Assembly: GCA_965204745.1 (NCBI GenBank) | Contig: OZ242010.1 | Location: 5,024,001 to 5,088,000 of the forward strand | DNA from: Candidatus Latescibacterota bacterium | GTDB lineage: Bacteria; Latescibacterota; UBA2968 | Direction of reading: 5' to 3' | Length of the DNA stretch: 64,000 nt | Made by a program: the position numbers and the translations under genes | Notes under the pieces: model-generated | The model's database searches: none | Told to the model about the DNA's origin: nothing | The model's input: only the letters and a program-made list of their open reading frames with translations | In this document: piece by piece, positions 1 through 10,219 of the stretch | Position numbering within the stretch: position 1 is the stretch's first letter | Layout: every line of letters begins with the position of its first letter

Positions 1-352
1 TGAGTTCGTTCATGACGAGTTTGCCGATCTGTTGTTTGGCTTCGATTTCGCGTTCGCCTTTGCTGACGAGTTGGTCTTCGATGCGGTCCGCGATTTCCTC
101 GATCTGCGCGGTTGAGATCGGGCGTTTGGTGCAGGAGAGTCGAATTTTGTCGATGAGTTTGTTTTTGTCAAAGGCTTCGCGGCGCCCGTCCGATTTGATG
201 ACGGTGAGGGAGGTGTCTTCGATAGATTCGTAGGTCGTAAATCGCCGGCCACACCCCAGGCATTCGCGTCTTCGCCGAATGGTGGTGCCTTCTTTGCTAG
301 CTCTGGAATCGACCACTTTGTCTTCGGTCACGCTGCAATAAGGGCATTTCAT
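1..352 (-). CDS. nrdR: Transcriptional repressor NrdR (3' end runs off window)
   Basis: Manual translation from ATG at 352: MKCPYCSVTEDKVVDSRASKEGTTIRRRRECLGCGRRFTTYE, the NrdR Zn-ribbon plus RRRR motif, followed by an ATP-cone. Not in the ORF track. Confidence 0.96.
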   Translation of the reverse strand, partial: MKCPYCSVTEDKVVDSRASKEGTTIRRRRECLGCGRRFTTYESIEDTSLTVIKSDGRREAFDKNKLIDKIRLSCTKRPISTAQIEEIADRIEDQLVSKGEREIEAKQQIGKLVMNEL

Positions 353-419
353 GGGACCGGCTTCCTTTCTTGAGGGGATGGGTATTCAATATGAGGTCGC
401 TGGCCGGATAAGGCTCTGC

Positions 420-959
420 TCAAAATCGAAACGACAGGCGAAACGCGAGATGCCCGTTGTCTTTTGCGACGACGGATGGCGAGAAGTCAATGGTCTCCCA
501 GACATGATAACTGAACAACCCACCGACAAAGGCGCCGACCAAACCGCCTCCCAAAGCGAACATAGGGGGGAAAATGAAATAGGCAACCCCAGCTAAGCCA
601 ATGGGATCGTCGGGTTCTACTTTGTTGACGAGAATGAGTCCCCCAGTGACCCCTGCGAGTGCGCCGAGGATGCCACCTTTTTTGACGTGGGACTCGTGGT
701 ATAGATGCACCTCGAGTTTGGAAATATCTGCGAGTGCGATAGACAGGCGTTGCTTCCTTCCCAAAATGCCCCTCGCTCTCGTCATGATCAGAGAATCCTT
801 TATCGCTTGCTGAAACCGGCCAGTGAGCCTCGTTTTCGCGTCTTGGGTATAAATGCGAATGGACTTGCCTGCTGGAATTTGGAGACTCGGCGGTTCGGCA
901 AAAACATCTGCCGCCTGTCCTGTGAACAGGAGAAAAATGAAAATCGCGATGGGGCGCAT
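420..959 (-). CDS. Hypothetical secreted/membrane protein with Gly-rich hydrophobic helices
   Basis: ORF 420..995; start MRPIAIF after a GGAG RBS; signal peptide; GxxxG helices. Confidence 0.7.
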   Translation of the reverse strand: MRPIAIFIFLLFTGQAADVFAEPPSLQIPAGKSIRIYTQDAKTRLTGRFQQAIKDSLIMTRARGILGRKQRLSIALADISKLEVHLYHESHVKKGGILGALAGVTGGLILVNKVEPDDPIGLAGVAYFIFPPMFALGGGLVGAFVGGLFSYHVWETIDFSPSVVAKDNGHLAFRLSFRF

Positions 960-991
960 GATGTCTCCTTTGGGAATTTTAAGACCACTTC

Positions 992-1903
992 TCAAAATGC
1001 TTTCCCGAACCCGATGGCAGCGGAAAGGCCGCTGAAATCGCCGGGGGAACCCAGCGCGTCGAAGAAGCGGGCGAGGGTGTAGCGGCCTTCAAGGGTGAGT
1101 GCGAAATCCTTTTTCGCGCCAAAGCGAATGGTTAGGCCAGACGCGACATGGCCGCCCAGCGTCAATGAGGTGCTCGGAAAATTCAAATCATCGAACGCGA
1201 GGGGTATCATCAATCCCAAGGCGTTGCGCCCATTGCGAAATGCGCCGCCAAATCCCATGCCGTAATTCGGATAATAACCCGCTTGGCGGGCGCGCTGATC
1301 CAAGCGGAGGATGGGGCCTGCGCCAAATCCAACGTAGGGATTGACGCGAGACGCGGGCGCGAAGTGGCGTTGTAGCCCGATGGGTAAGGCGATTAGGGTG
1401 ATCCGCGTCGTGCTTGCGGGCATCTGCTCGCGCAAAATTGACTGCGCTTTGAGAAGGCCGTACGTGAGAAATTCCGGGCTGGTCGTGAACCGGACCTGCG
1501 GAGACAACTTGTGGTCGTAATTGATGCGAAACCCAAATCCGCCGCTGGCCGTGGAAAAGAAAATTCCGAGGTGATTGAGCAAGTCCATCGCGGTTGACCG
1601 CGGCCCGTGGGTGGGATACAACCCGTCTTCGTTGCCAAAAACCGGTCGACCGGGGCCATTGAGAAGGCGCGGGTCAATGTAGATATCAGACGGACTGTGG
1701 GGCAATGAGAGCGAATCCACCGGGACAGCACCTTTGGGAATGTGGATTTTGATGCCGCCATCCGAGTCGATTTCGACCGCGCTGTTGCCAATGGTGATTG
1801 AACCGGACAAGGGCGCGGTGTTGCGTGCGGGTTCGGGTGAAGATGATGCCGCGCTGGGCAGGCAGACGAGGACCGCGAAAAAAAACAGGTGCATCCGTGA
1901 CAT
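992..1903 (-). CDS. Putative outer-membrane beta-barrel protein
   Basis: Signal peptide after an AGGAGG RBS; alternating beta-strands (NPYVGFGAG, LTLEGRY); C-terminal Phe. Confidence 0.65.
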   Translation of the reverse strand: MSRMHLFFFAVLVCLPSAASSSPEPARNTAPLSGSITIGNSAVEIDSDGGIKIHIPKGAVPVDSLSLPHSPSDIYIDPRLLNGPGRPVFGNEDGLYPTHGPRSTAMDLLNHLGIFFSTASGGFGFRINYDHKLSPQVRFTTSPEFLTYGLLKAQSILREQMPASTTRITLIALPIGLQRHFAPASRVNPYVGFGAGPILRLDQRARQAGYYPNYGMGFGGAFRNGRNALGLMIPLAFDDLNFPSTSLTLGGHVASGLTIRFGAKKDFALTLEGRYTLARFFDALGSPGDFSGLSAAIGFGKAF

Positions 1904-2099
1904 AACGACCTCCTGAAAAAGTGTGACCCCGGCGTTTTGTAAAATATGCAAAATGCGTGCCGCAAAGTGCCCAAAAATAAAAATGGTCTAACATCTTGTT
2001 TTTACAATGCGTTGTCTTGCACCACGCCAGTTGCATGCGGAAACGATAAGTGTATTATTTTCGCACAGGTGTTGTAAAATTGATACAGTCCCTTTAGTC

Positions 2100-2170
2100 C
2101 CTTCCTCTCCCATCTCGCCTCTCCCATCTCCCCTCTAACCTCTTACCGAAGGGGGCCGGGCAGGGCGGGT
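2100..2170. repeat. Heptamer-based pyrimidine tract ending CTTACCGAAGGG (family also at 6200-6245, 23085-23130)
   Basis: ctctcccatctcgcctctcccatctcccctctaacctcttaccgaaggggg. Confidence 0.6.
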
Positions 2171-2178
2171 CGCGGGCT

Positions 2179-3126
2179 TCATCGCCGCAACGCCATCAGC
2201 GCGAACCCGACAATCACCCAGAAAATTTTCCGAATGCGCCGGATCAACGCCACGCCCAAGCCCAACTCAGGCGTCAAGCCCAACAACTGAAACAGGAACA
2301 CATGCCCGCTTTCAAAAACCCCGACCCCGGATGGGATGAAGAAAAACGCCGTGTTGATCACCAGCGACAACGACATCAGCAAAAACGCGGTCAAAAAACA
2401 TTGCGACTCCCCGAGCAAGTGGAGAATCGCATAAATTTCAAACGTGCCCAATATCCAACTCACCCCGTGCAAGACCAGACACCACCAGAAGCCCGCGCGA
2501 TTTTGGCGGTAAAACGCCGCGATAGTGCGGTCGACCTCTTCAAACTTTTCGCGCTTGGACTCCAAAAAAGACAGGCGCACCTTTTTCAACGCATTCAGCA
2601 TCCACACAGACGCCTGTTGACGCTGAGACACATACGCCGCTACAATCCCGGCCGTGCCCACCACCAGCGCCGCGCCCAATCCGATCTGCACCTCCACCGG
2701 TAGCGGGAACATGTACACGGCCACGCCCGCGCCGATGAGCGCGAACCCCAGGCCGCTGACCAACTCCACTGTCTTGTTGACGATCAATGATGGCACGCCC
2801 CGGGTCACAGCGACCTGATCGCGCAACATATACGCCTTCGCCACCTCGCCGCCCACATGAGATGCGGGCGTGACATTGCCAACGGCTTCCCCGGAAATTT
2901 TGGTATAGAGAAGGGTCCAAAAACCCGGCCGCTCCCCGTCAAAACACATCGCCCACGCCCACGCATTGCTCGTATGCCAACTCAAGGCGATGAGCATCAC
3001 CGGCACATAGCCCCATCCCATTTCCCGCACCTGCATCCACACATCGGCGATTCCGACCTCGTAGATCAACACCGCCAACAACGATATCCCAATCACCCAA
3101 AACACGGCCCTGCGCGCAACTTTCAT
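2179..3126 (-). CDS. Lysylphosphatidylglycerol synthase TM / flippase-like (UPF0104) protein
   Basis: Multi-TM; motifs NVTPASHVGGEVAK and FFIPSGVGVFE. Confidence 0.8.
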   Translation of the reverse strand: MKVARRAVFWVIGISLLAVLIYEVGIADVWMQVREMGWGYVPVMLIALSWHTSNAWAWAMCFDGERPGFWTLLYTKISGEAVGNVTPASHVGGEVAKAYMLRDQVAVTRGVPSLIVNKTVELVSGLGFALIGAGVAVYMFPLPVEVQIGLGAALVVGTAGIVAAYVSQRQQASVWMLNALKKVRLSFLESKREKFEEVDRTIAAFYRQNRAGFWWCLVLHGVSWILGTFEIYAILHLLGESQCFLTAFLLMSLSLVINTAFFFIPSGVGVFESGHVFLFQLLGLTPELGLGVALIRRIRKIFWVIVGFALMALRR

Positions 3127-3135
3127 TCTCCCTCC

Positions 3136-5061
3136 CTACCACGAATGCGTGTGATGGCCTTGTCGGGGAAACCAGATTTGATCCACGAAAAACGACAGGA
3201 GCACGCCCAGGGCGTGGCCGACGAGCAAGCCCAAGAAGAAGGGGCGCAACCGCCGGTAGAGCGCCACGCCGCCGATGCGTAAAATGACCGATTTGATGCC
3301 CCATGCCACGAACACGGAGAAAATGGAATGCACCGCGTGGGTCGGGGGCACGACCATGCCGATGGGCGCGAGGGGCCACCACGCAAAGCGATAGCGCATC
3401 AGGCTTGCCACTGCGAAAATGCCGATGCCCAACAGCAAGAACAGGGGCCGCTCCGGCTCCCATTTTTCCTCGCCCTTGAGGGCTTTAACCAAGGCGTCAT
3501 ACGTGCGCGGCGGATAGCGCGTAAAGGGAAAATCATTGAAATTGTACGCGCCGTGCAAATAGCCCAAATACAGCGAATAGGCAATGGCCGCGCCAATGCC
3601 GATGCCCAGGGTCAGGCCGATGCCCAAGACGAGTCGCTTTTTGTTTTTTCCCGCCATATCTGCGATGCGCGCTGCGTGTACGAGCGGCGGCATGAACATC
3701 GCTTTGTTTTGCGACCGCACGGAATCGACCAAGCGCAGGGCCGTCAGCGTCGAACCGTCGAACGATTTGGGGCCGAAGATAAAATTCAAGATGCCATTGG
3801 GCGACATGGGCATGCTGAAATAGACCACGCCGGTTTCCGCGATCACGCGCGCCGTGCCCAAGTACGTGATGAAAATGCCGAGCACCAGGGCGATGGCAAC
3901 GGCCCAGCTAATGCCCACGGCTTGGAACCAGAACACGAGAAAAACCACGCTGAACAGCAGGCCAAACGCGCAGGCGCGGTACGAGAGCATTTCGCCCGAA
4001 TCGTCGATGGTGCGGTCATGGCGAAACGCTTTGGCGAACACGTCTCGAATGTGAAACCGCGCCATCCACAAGCCCAACAAGACCATCGCCACAAACGCGC
4101 CTCCGGCTTGCAGGGACGTAGTCGCATCGCCAGAACTGCCCTTGTTGCTCAGGTTGATGCCCACGCGCCTGTAAAACATGACCTGTGTGCAGTAGAACAA
4201 GTAAAAGACCCAGATGGAAAACAGCACGTCGAGGTTGGCAAAATAGGCAAAGCCCACGGTGTAAAAATTGAAGCGCACATGGATGCGCGGAAAATACAAG
4301 CCCATGGGCATCCAGCCCGGCCCCAGGCTGATGCGGGGAAAGCCGGGGGAGAAATAACTGATGATGTTCCACGCCAAGATGCAAAACGGAATGGCCGCGC
4401 CGACGAGGAAAAACTTGTTCTTCAACAGGGACACGCCGCGCTCGGCTTCGGCCAAGTCGCCGGCCGGATGCAAAATGGGATAGGCCAACCGCTCGTGCTC
4501 GGCCCATTGCTTTCGCAACATCACCGCCAGGCAGATACACCCCACCACAATCGCGGCGATAAATGTCATCCAACCGAACAGGGGCACAAACCACACGCCC
4601 CAAGGAATGGGCATGTCCGGGCTGGGCATGCCTTCGAACAACCACTGCATGGCCCCGCCCTCGTTGGAGGGGATCAACCAGTTGGGCAAGTACTGATGAA
4701 AATAACTGCCCCACTGATTCTCGGGCGTGGCGAGATAGTACGGGATCGCGATCATGCCCAAGAAATAACCCGTCAACCCATACGCGGGCACTGCCGCGCC
4801 CACCAGGCCCATCGCCAGCATGGTCCACACTTCGGTGTTGGTCAATGCCCATCGGGCCTGCCTGCGCCGCGCGAGTGCATTGCCCAATGTCAATACCGCG
4901 TAGGGCGCGAACAAGGCAATGGGAAAATGCGTGATGTTCATGCGCGCGGTGTGGGCGATGTATTCGACATAAGTGTTCCACGCGATCACCAGCAGCGCGA
5001 GTGCCAACCCCAAGACCAAGGCCCGCGCTGTCACGCCCTCCTGTCGCGTCTGTACGTCCAT
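3136..5061 (-). CDS. DUF6785/DUF6784-like polytopic membrane protein (putative transporter)
   Basis: LRKQWAEHERLAYP, RVIAETG, WWPLAPIG, YRRLRPFFLGL motifs; start MDVQTR after GGAG. Confidence 0.7.
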   Translation of the reverse strand: MDVQTRQEGVTARALVLGLALALLVIAWNTYVEYIAHTARMNITHFPIALFAPYAVLTLGNALARRRQARWALTNTEVWTMLAMGLVGAAVPAYGLTGYFLGMIAIPYYLATPENQWGSYFHQYLPNWLIPSNEGGAMQWLFEGMPSPDMPIPWGVWFVPLFGWMTFIAAIVVGCICLAVMLRKQWAEHERLAYPILHPAGDLAEAERGVSLLKNKFFLVGAAIPFCILAWNIISYFSPGFPRISLGPGWMPMGLYFPRIHVRFNFYTVGFAYFANLDVLFSIWVFYLFYCTQVMFYRRVGINLSNKGSSGDATTSLQAGGAFVAMVLLGLWMARFHIRDVFAKAFRHDRTIDDSGEMLSYRACAFGLLFSVVFLVFWFQAVGISWAVAIALVLGIFITYLGTARVIAETGVVYFSMPMSPNGILNFIFGPKSFDGSTLTALRLVDSVRSQNKAMFMPPLVHAARIADMAGKNKKRLVLGIGLTLGIGIGAAIAYSLYLGYLHGAYNFNDFPFTRYPPRTYDALVKALKGEEKWEPERPLFLLLGIGIFAVASLMRYRFAWWPLAPIGMVVPPTHAVHSIFSVFVAWGIKSVILRIGGVALYRRLRPFFLGLLVGHALGVLLSFFVDQIWFPRQGHHTHSW

Positions 5062-5373
5062 GCGTTTCTCCTCCTCTTCACCGCCTCGCCGCCGGGTGCG
5101 TCCCCTTCCCACCACTGCCCCGCCGGGTGCGTTCCCGCTACCCCGCCGGGTGCGTGCCGTGTCCGCCTTTGAGCAGTCAGCGGACGGAGCCAAGTGCAGT
5201 GTATCGGGATTGGTATAACTCTGTTCTCGTGCGTCCTCTCGTAGCAGATCGCTGAAAATCGGCTTTCAATATATACAAATGCACAGCGCGGAACAACCGC
5301 CTTGACAAAACAAAAAAGGCCGTAAGTGGGCAAACCCTCACGACCTTTCTTTGTTGATATCGGACTTCCAATT

Positions 5374-6006
5374 TTACCTGAAGAACACGGACATGCCCAC
5401 GGTTACAAAATGCCGCGGGGTGCGGGTGTTGTTGGCGAACAGGACCGAATAGCCGTACGTGGCATTCATGGCCGTGCGTTTTGAGACCATTTTGCGAATG
5501 CCTGCGCCGCCGCCCAATTCACTGACATTGCCCCAGCCCCAAAAATCGCGGGCCGCAAAGAGTTCCAAAAATGGAAAGGTGCGGCGCTGAATTTTGATGG
5601 GGATATTCATCCGGTAGAAGCCCGACACCGAAGACCCGAATCCCTCACTCGTGGACAAATAACGGCCGCGTGCATCCACAGTCGTATTGTCGAGCACCTG
5701 AAGGTCATCTTGCGATCCGGGCAAGCCACTGCGCTCAAACCGGTCGCGATTCCCCGCGACAAATGCCCCGCCGATTTGGTGCCATTGGTTGATCGAATAG
5801 GCAACTTGAATGCCCGCGCGATAGAAAAAATTGCCGCTGGAAAATCGCCACGAGATGATCGGCGTCACTTCCAACTGCCCAGCGCGGATAGGCCCAGTGT
5901 TGATGCCGCCCGTGCCCTCGGTTTCCTCCTCCCCGACGATATCGGCCCGAGCAGGTGTGCCCAAGGCCAACAAACCAACGACCAAATACATCAGCCAGTG
6001 TTTCAT
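5374..6006 (-). CDS. Putative outer-membrane beta-barrel protein
   Basis: Start MKHWLMY after AGGAG; signal peptide; C-terminal VGMSVFFR strand. Confidence 0.6.
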   Translation of the reverse strand: MKHWLMYLVVGLLALGTPARADIVGEEETEGTGGINTGPIRAGQLEVTPIISWRFSSGNFFYRAGIQVAYSINQWHQIGGAFVAGNRDRFERSGLPGSQDDLQVLDNTTVDARGRYLSTSEGFGSSVSGFYRMNIPIKIQRRTFPFLELFAARDFWGWGNVSELGGGAGIRKMVSKRTAMNATYGYSVLFANNTRTPRHFVTVGMSVFFR

Positions 6007-6342
6007 GGCGTCTCCTCCTGAAAGGGGTGATCCCGGCGTTTGAAGTAAAATATCCAAAAACAGCGCGGCTGTCAATAATCCGTTGACGGGCGCGGAAAAG
6101 ACAAAAGTCACTGGATTACTGACGTTGTGCTTTCGCATGCGCTGGAATGACGGTAGGGCCGGGACTGACTACTGACAACTTGGGCGGTGGCGGGGCGGCC
6201 TCACCTCTCCCTTCTTACGTCTCACCGAAGGGGGTTGGGCAGGGCACACCAAACGGATGAATTGGCTTGACTTGGGTTCATGTTCCCCATTTATTGTCGC
6301 ACGGTCAGGGAAATTATTCGGTTAGAAAGGACGACCTCTCTC

Positions 6343-7326
<984 letters not shown>

Positions 7327-7330
7327 CCAC

Positions 7331-7542
7331 AAGAGGCGTAAGAGGCAAGACGCAAGAGGCGTAAGAGGCAAGACGCAAGAGGCGTAAGAGGCAAGACGCA
7401 AGAGGCGTAAGAGGCAAGACGCAAGAGGCGTAAGAGGCAAGACGCAAGAGGCGAGAGGCGTAAGAGGCAAAAGGCAAGAGGCAAGAGGCAAAAAGCGTAA
7501 GAGGCAAGACGCAAGAGGCAAAAAGCGTAAGAGGCAAGAGGC
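7331..7542 (+). repeat. Tandem tract (AAGAGGCGTAAGAGGCAAGACGC)n and AAGAGGC heptamers; resumes at 8840-8940 after the IS
   Basis: About 5 near-perfect 23-bp units plus degenerate heptamers. Confidence 0.9.
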
Positions 7543-7561
7543 AAGATACTCTCTTAAAAGG

Positions 7562-8569
7562 TCAAGGGGTTTTCGGGGTGATTCGATAGAATTTTTCGCC
7601 CTCAAAATCTTGGTCATGGCGCAACATGCCCCAGATCGAATGGAGCAACTTTCGCATCACCGCAACGATAGCCTGCAAAGGTTTCTTGCCGCGGGCGATG
7701 AGTTGGTCATAGAAGGCTTTGACATGGCCTTCGTGTCTGATGGCCACCCAGGCAGGCATATAGAGGGCATGGCGGAGGTACTTATTCCCGGTTTTCGAGA
7801 TGCGTCTTTGTGGATTGGCGGTTCCGGATTGTTTGGGTTTGGGATCCAGGCCTGCATGTGCGACCCACTGGGGCGGTTGCATCTCCTCTGGCAAAAGGGT
7901 CAACTCGGCCAAGAGCCGCAAGGCACTCGTTTGCGCGATGCCAGGCGTCGAGCAGAGGCGTTGGTAGGCACGCTTGAGGGGCTCATCGTGCAAAACGAGA
8001 TCGAGGGCTTGGCTTTCCAAGTATGCAATCCGGCGTTTGAAGTGTCGAATATTCACCTGAATATCGCGTGCGATGAGACGTGTGCTGCGGATGTGGTAGC
8101 TCTGCGCGTGGTTGCGGCTCTGTTCGCGGATGATCTCCTGCTTGAGTTGGTCAATGCGTCTGGTGAGGGCTTGCAGTTGAAGCCGTTGCTCGCTCGGCGC
8201 TTGCCAAGGCACAAAAGGCATGCGCTCGGCATAGTCGAGGATCAACAACGCATCCTTCGCATCCGTCTTCGCCCGTTGCATGCAGGCTTGGGCGTACTTG
8301 CTCATCGCTTTGGGATTGACGACCATGACCTTTGTGTGGCGATGCCGATGCAAGGCCAAGGCCACCCCCAAACTGTAAAGCCCGGTCGCTTCGAGGCACA
8401 CAGAGACCATGTGCCCGCCCTTCGTGAGCCACTTCAGCAACCGCTTATGCGCTTGGGGATCATTGGCAAAGGTCGCTTGCATGACAGCTTGTCCGGGTCT
8501 GGACAGGGCAACGGACAACGTGCGGGCACTGACATCAATGCCGGCAAAAGCGGGGTGAGATTTCGACAT
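7562..8569 (-). CDS. IS110 transposase / bridge recombinase
   Basis: GIDVS, EATG, KTDAKDA (DEDD RuvC-like), PGIA, QSG catalytic Ser, ISKTGN; start MSKSHP after AGGAGG. Confidence 0.96.
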   Translation of the reverse strand: MSKSHPAFAGIDVSARTLSVALSRPGQAVMQATFANDPQAHKRLLKWLTKGGHMVSVCLEATGLYSLGVALALHRHRHTKVMVVNPKAMSKYAQACMQRAKTDAKDALLILDYAERMPFVPWQAPSEQRLQLQALTRRIDQLKQEIIREQSRNHAQSYHIRSTRLIARDIQVNIRHFKRRIAYLESQALDLVLHDEPLKRAYQRLCSTPGIAQTSALRLLAELTLLPEEMQPPQWVAHAGLDPKPKQSGTANPQRRISKTGNKYLRHALYMPAWVAIRHEGHVKAFYDQLIARGKKPLQAIVAVMRKLLHSIWGMLRHDQDFEGEKFYRITPKTP

Positions 8570-8609
8570 GGGGGCCTCCTGTGATGAGGGGGTTGTAAGG
8601 GATCTGGTG

Positions 8610-8822
8610 CGCGCTCGGGGTCGCGTCCCGACCATTGACGCCAAGTCTACCGGTCTTGTATATGCAGCCTCAAGGGGCTTAGATACTCTTCGGCATAGAC
8701 CCGGCGGTCGGGGGGCCTATCTTACCTACAAGGTCATCGCCTTCAAGAGGGGCCGGCCTTCCCCGAGCCGGGCATCAAGATGGCTTATCTCGATACGAGG
8801 GCGCAACTCCTAATTAACCCTT
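8610..8822 (-). ncRNA. Putative bridge RNA (target-binding loop then donor-binding loop)
   Basis: Guides at 8745-8752 and 8720-8727 match the flanks; guides at 8681-8689 and 8654-8661 match the element ends; stems 8613-8620/8761-8768 and 8627-8633/8706-8712. Ends approximate. Confidence 0.8.
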
Positions 8823-8941
8823 ACTTCCAAGATACAAGAGGGGAGAGGCAAAAAGCGTAAGAGGCAAGACGCAAGAGGTGAGAGGCAAGACGCAAGACGC
8901 AAGACGCAAGAGACAAGACGCAAGAGACAAGAGGGGAGAGG

Positions 8942-9110
8942 GGTGGTCTTCTCCCGTCTTGCCTCTCACCTCTCACCTTTTTCGGTGGTCTTCTCCCGTC
9001 TTGCGTCTCACCTCTCACCTTCTTTAGGTGGTCTTCTCCCGTCTCGCCTCTCACCTCTCACCTTTTTCGGTGGCCTTCTCCCGTCTTGCCTCTCCCTTCT
9101 CACCTTTTTT
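8942..9110 (+). repeat. Four tandem ~42-bp units GGTGGTCTTCTCCCGTCTTGCCTCTCACCTCTCACCTTTTTC
   Basis: Units start at about 8942, 8984, 9027, 9069; related tract at 34190-34322. Confidence 0.85.
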
Positions 9111-9123
9111 AAGGAGATTGAAT

Positions 9124-10179
9124 ATGGCACGCATTGGACGCGCCGCGGTAATGAGCGGCGAAAAATTTGAAATCCGCGAATATCCCGTTCCCGACCCGGA
9201 ACCGGGATCCATTTTGCTCAAACAAGAACTCGCGGGCATCTGCGGCACGGACCTGCACAACTGGGAATACCAGCGGTTGCAGGGCGAAATCATCCTCGGG
9301 CACGAAAACGTGGGCATCATCGACAGCATGGGCGCGGGTGTGGAAACCGATTATCTGGGCAATCCCATCGCGCCCGGCGACCGCGTGCTCTTCGCGCCCG
9401 GCACCAATCGCGGCGCGTACGGTTTTTTGCAAGCCGAAGAAGACCCGTACTTGCGCGGCGGGTTTGGCGAATACATTTATTTGTGGAACCCGGACACGGT
9501 GGTGCTCAAGACCGACATGCCCGCCGAAGTCGCGGTTATCACCGAGCCGTTCACCATTGGCGTTCACGGCGCGATGCGGTCGGGCCTACAATTTGGGGAT
9601 ACGGTCGTCGTTCAGGGTTCGGGCGCGATTGGCCTGCTCACACTCGTCGCGGCCAAAGTCAGCGGCGCTGGCAGGCTCATCATGGTCGGCGGCCCCAAAG
9701 GCAGGTTGGAATTAGCCAAACGCCTGGGCGCAGATCTCACTATCGACATTGCCGATGTACCCGATCCGGAAGAACGCACCAAAATTGTGCGCGAGAACAC
9801 GCCCCGCAACGAGGGGGCAGATGTCGTGTTTGAATGCGCGGGATTTTTGCCGGCCATCCCCGAAGGCGTGACGTTCTTGCGGCACAGCGGCACGTACGTC
9901 GCCATGGGGCATTTCGTCGATGTGGGGTCTTTTGACTGCAATCCCAATCAGATGTTCATGCGCCGCAACCTGCGCCTCGAAGCCGTGTGGGCGAGCGCCC
10001 CCGAACACTTTGTGCGCGCGCTTCCCATTCTCGAGCGCAATGAATACGCCTTTGCGGACCTCGTCAGCCACACCATCCCACTCGACCGCGTGGCCGAAGG
10101 CTTCAACGCGCTACACAGCGGGTATCGCCTCGACGACAAAGACGCGATCAAAATTGCGGTCAAAGGCGGGTTGGCGTAA
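9124..10179 (+). CDS. Zinc-binding (MDR family) alcohol dehydrogenase
   Basis: GICGTDLH, GHE, GSGAIG, DVVFECAG; AGGAG RBS. Confidence 0.9.
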   Translation: MARIGRAAVMSGEKFEIREYPVPDPEPGSILLKQELAGICGTDLHNWEYQRLQGEIILGHENVGIIDSMGAGVETDYLGNPIAPGDRVLFAPGTNRGAYGFLQAEEDPYLRGGFGEYIYLWNPDTVVLKTDMPAEVAVITEPFTIGVHGAMRSGLQFGDTVVVQGSGAIGLLTLVAAKVSGAGRLIMVGGPKGRLELAKRLGADLTIDIADVPDPEERTKIVRENTPRNEGADVVFECAGFLPAIPEGVTFLRHSGTYVAMGHFVDVGSFDCNPNQMFMRRNLRLEAVWASAPEHFVRALPILERNEYAFADLVSHTIPLDRVAEGFNALHSGYRLDDKDAIKIAVKGGLA

Positions 10180-10219
10180 CGCAATTCTTTTGTCCCTACT
10201 TTCTCAAGGAGAAGATGTA

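Larger units (their letters stand above)
7543..8839 (-). mobile_element. IS110-family insertion sequence, copy 1
   Basis: Matches 52845-54141; bounded by AAGA on both sides; no terminal IRs; DEDD transposase. Confidence 0.95.

Noticed and set aside
3328-5172. Long antisense or alternative-frame ORFs (also 7610..8584, 15837..16895, 17482..18870, 20093..21382, 41368..42780, 50058..51320)
   Set aside because: Shadow ORFs of GC-rich genes on the opposite strand with no recognisable motifs.
7331-9110. Possible CRISPR array (regular 23-bp and 42-bp repeats)
   Set aside because: Units are contiguous with no unique spacers, and there are no cas genes.
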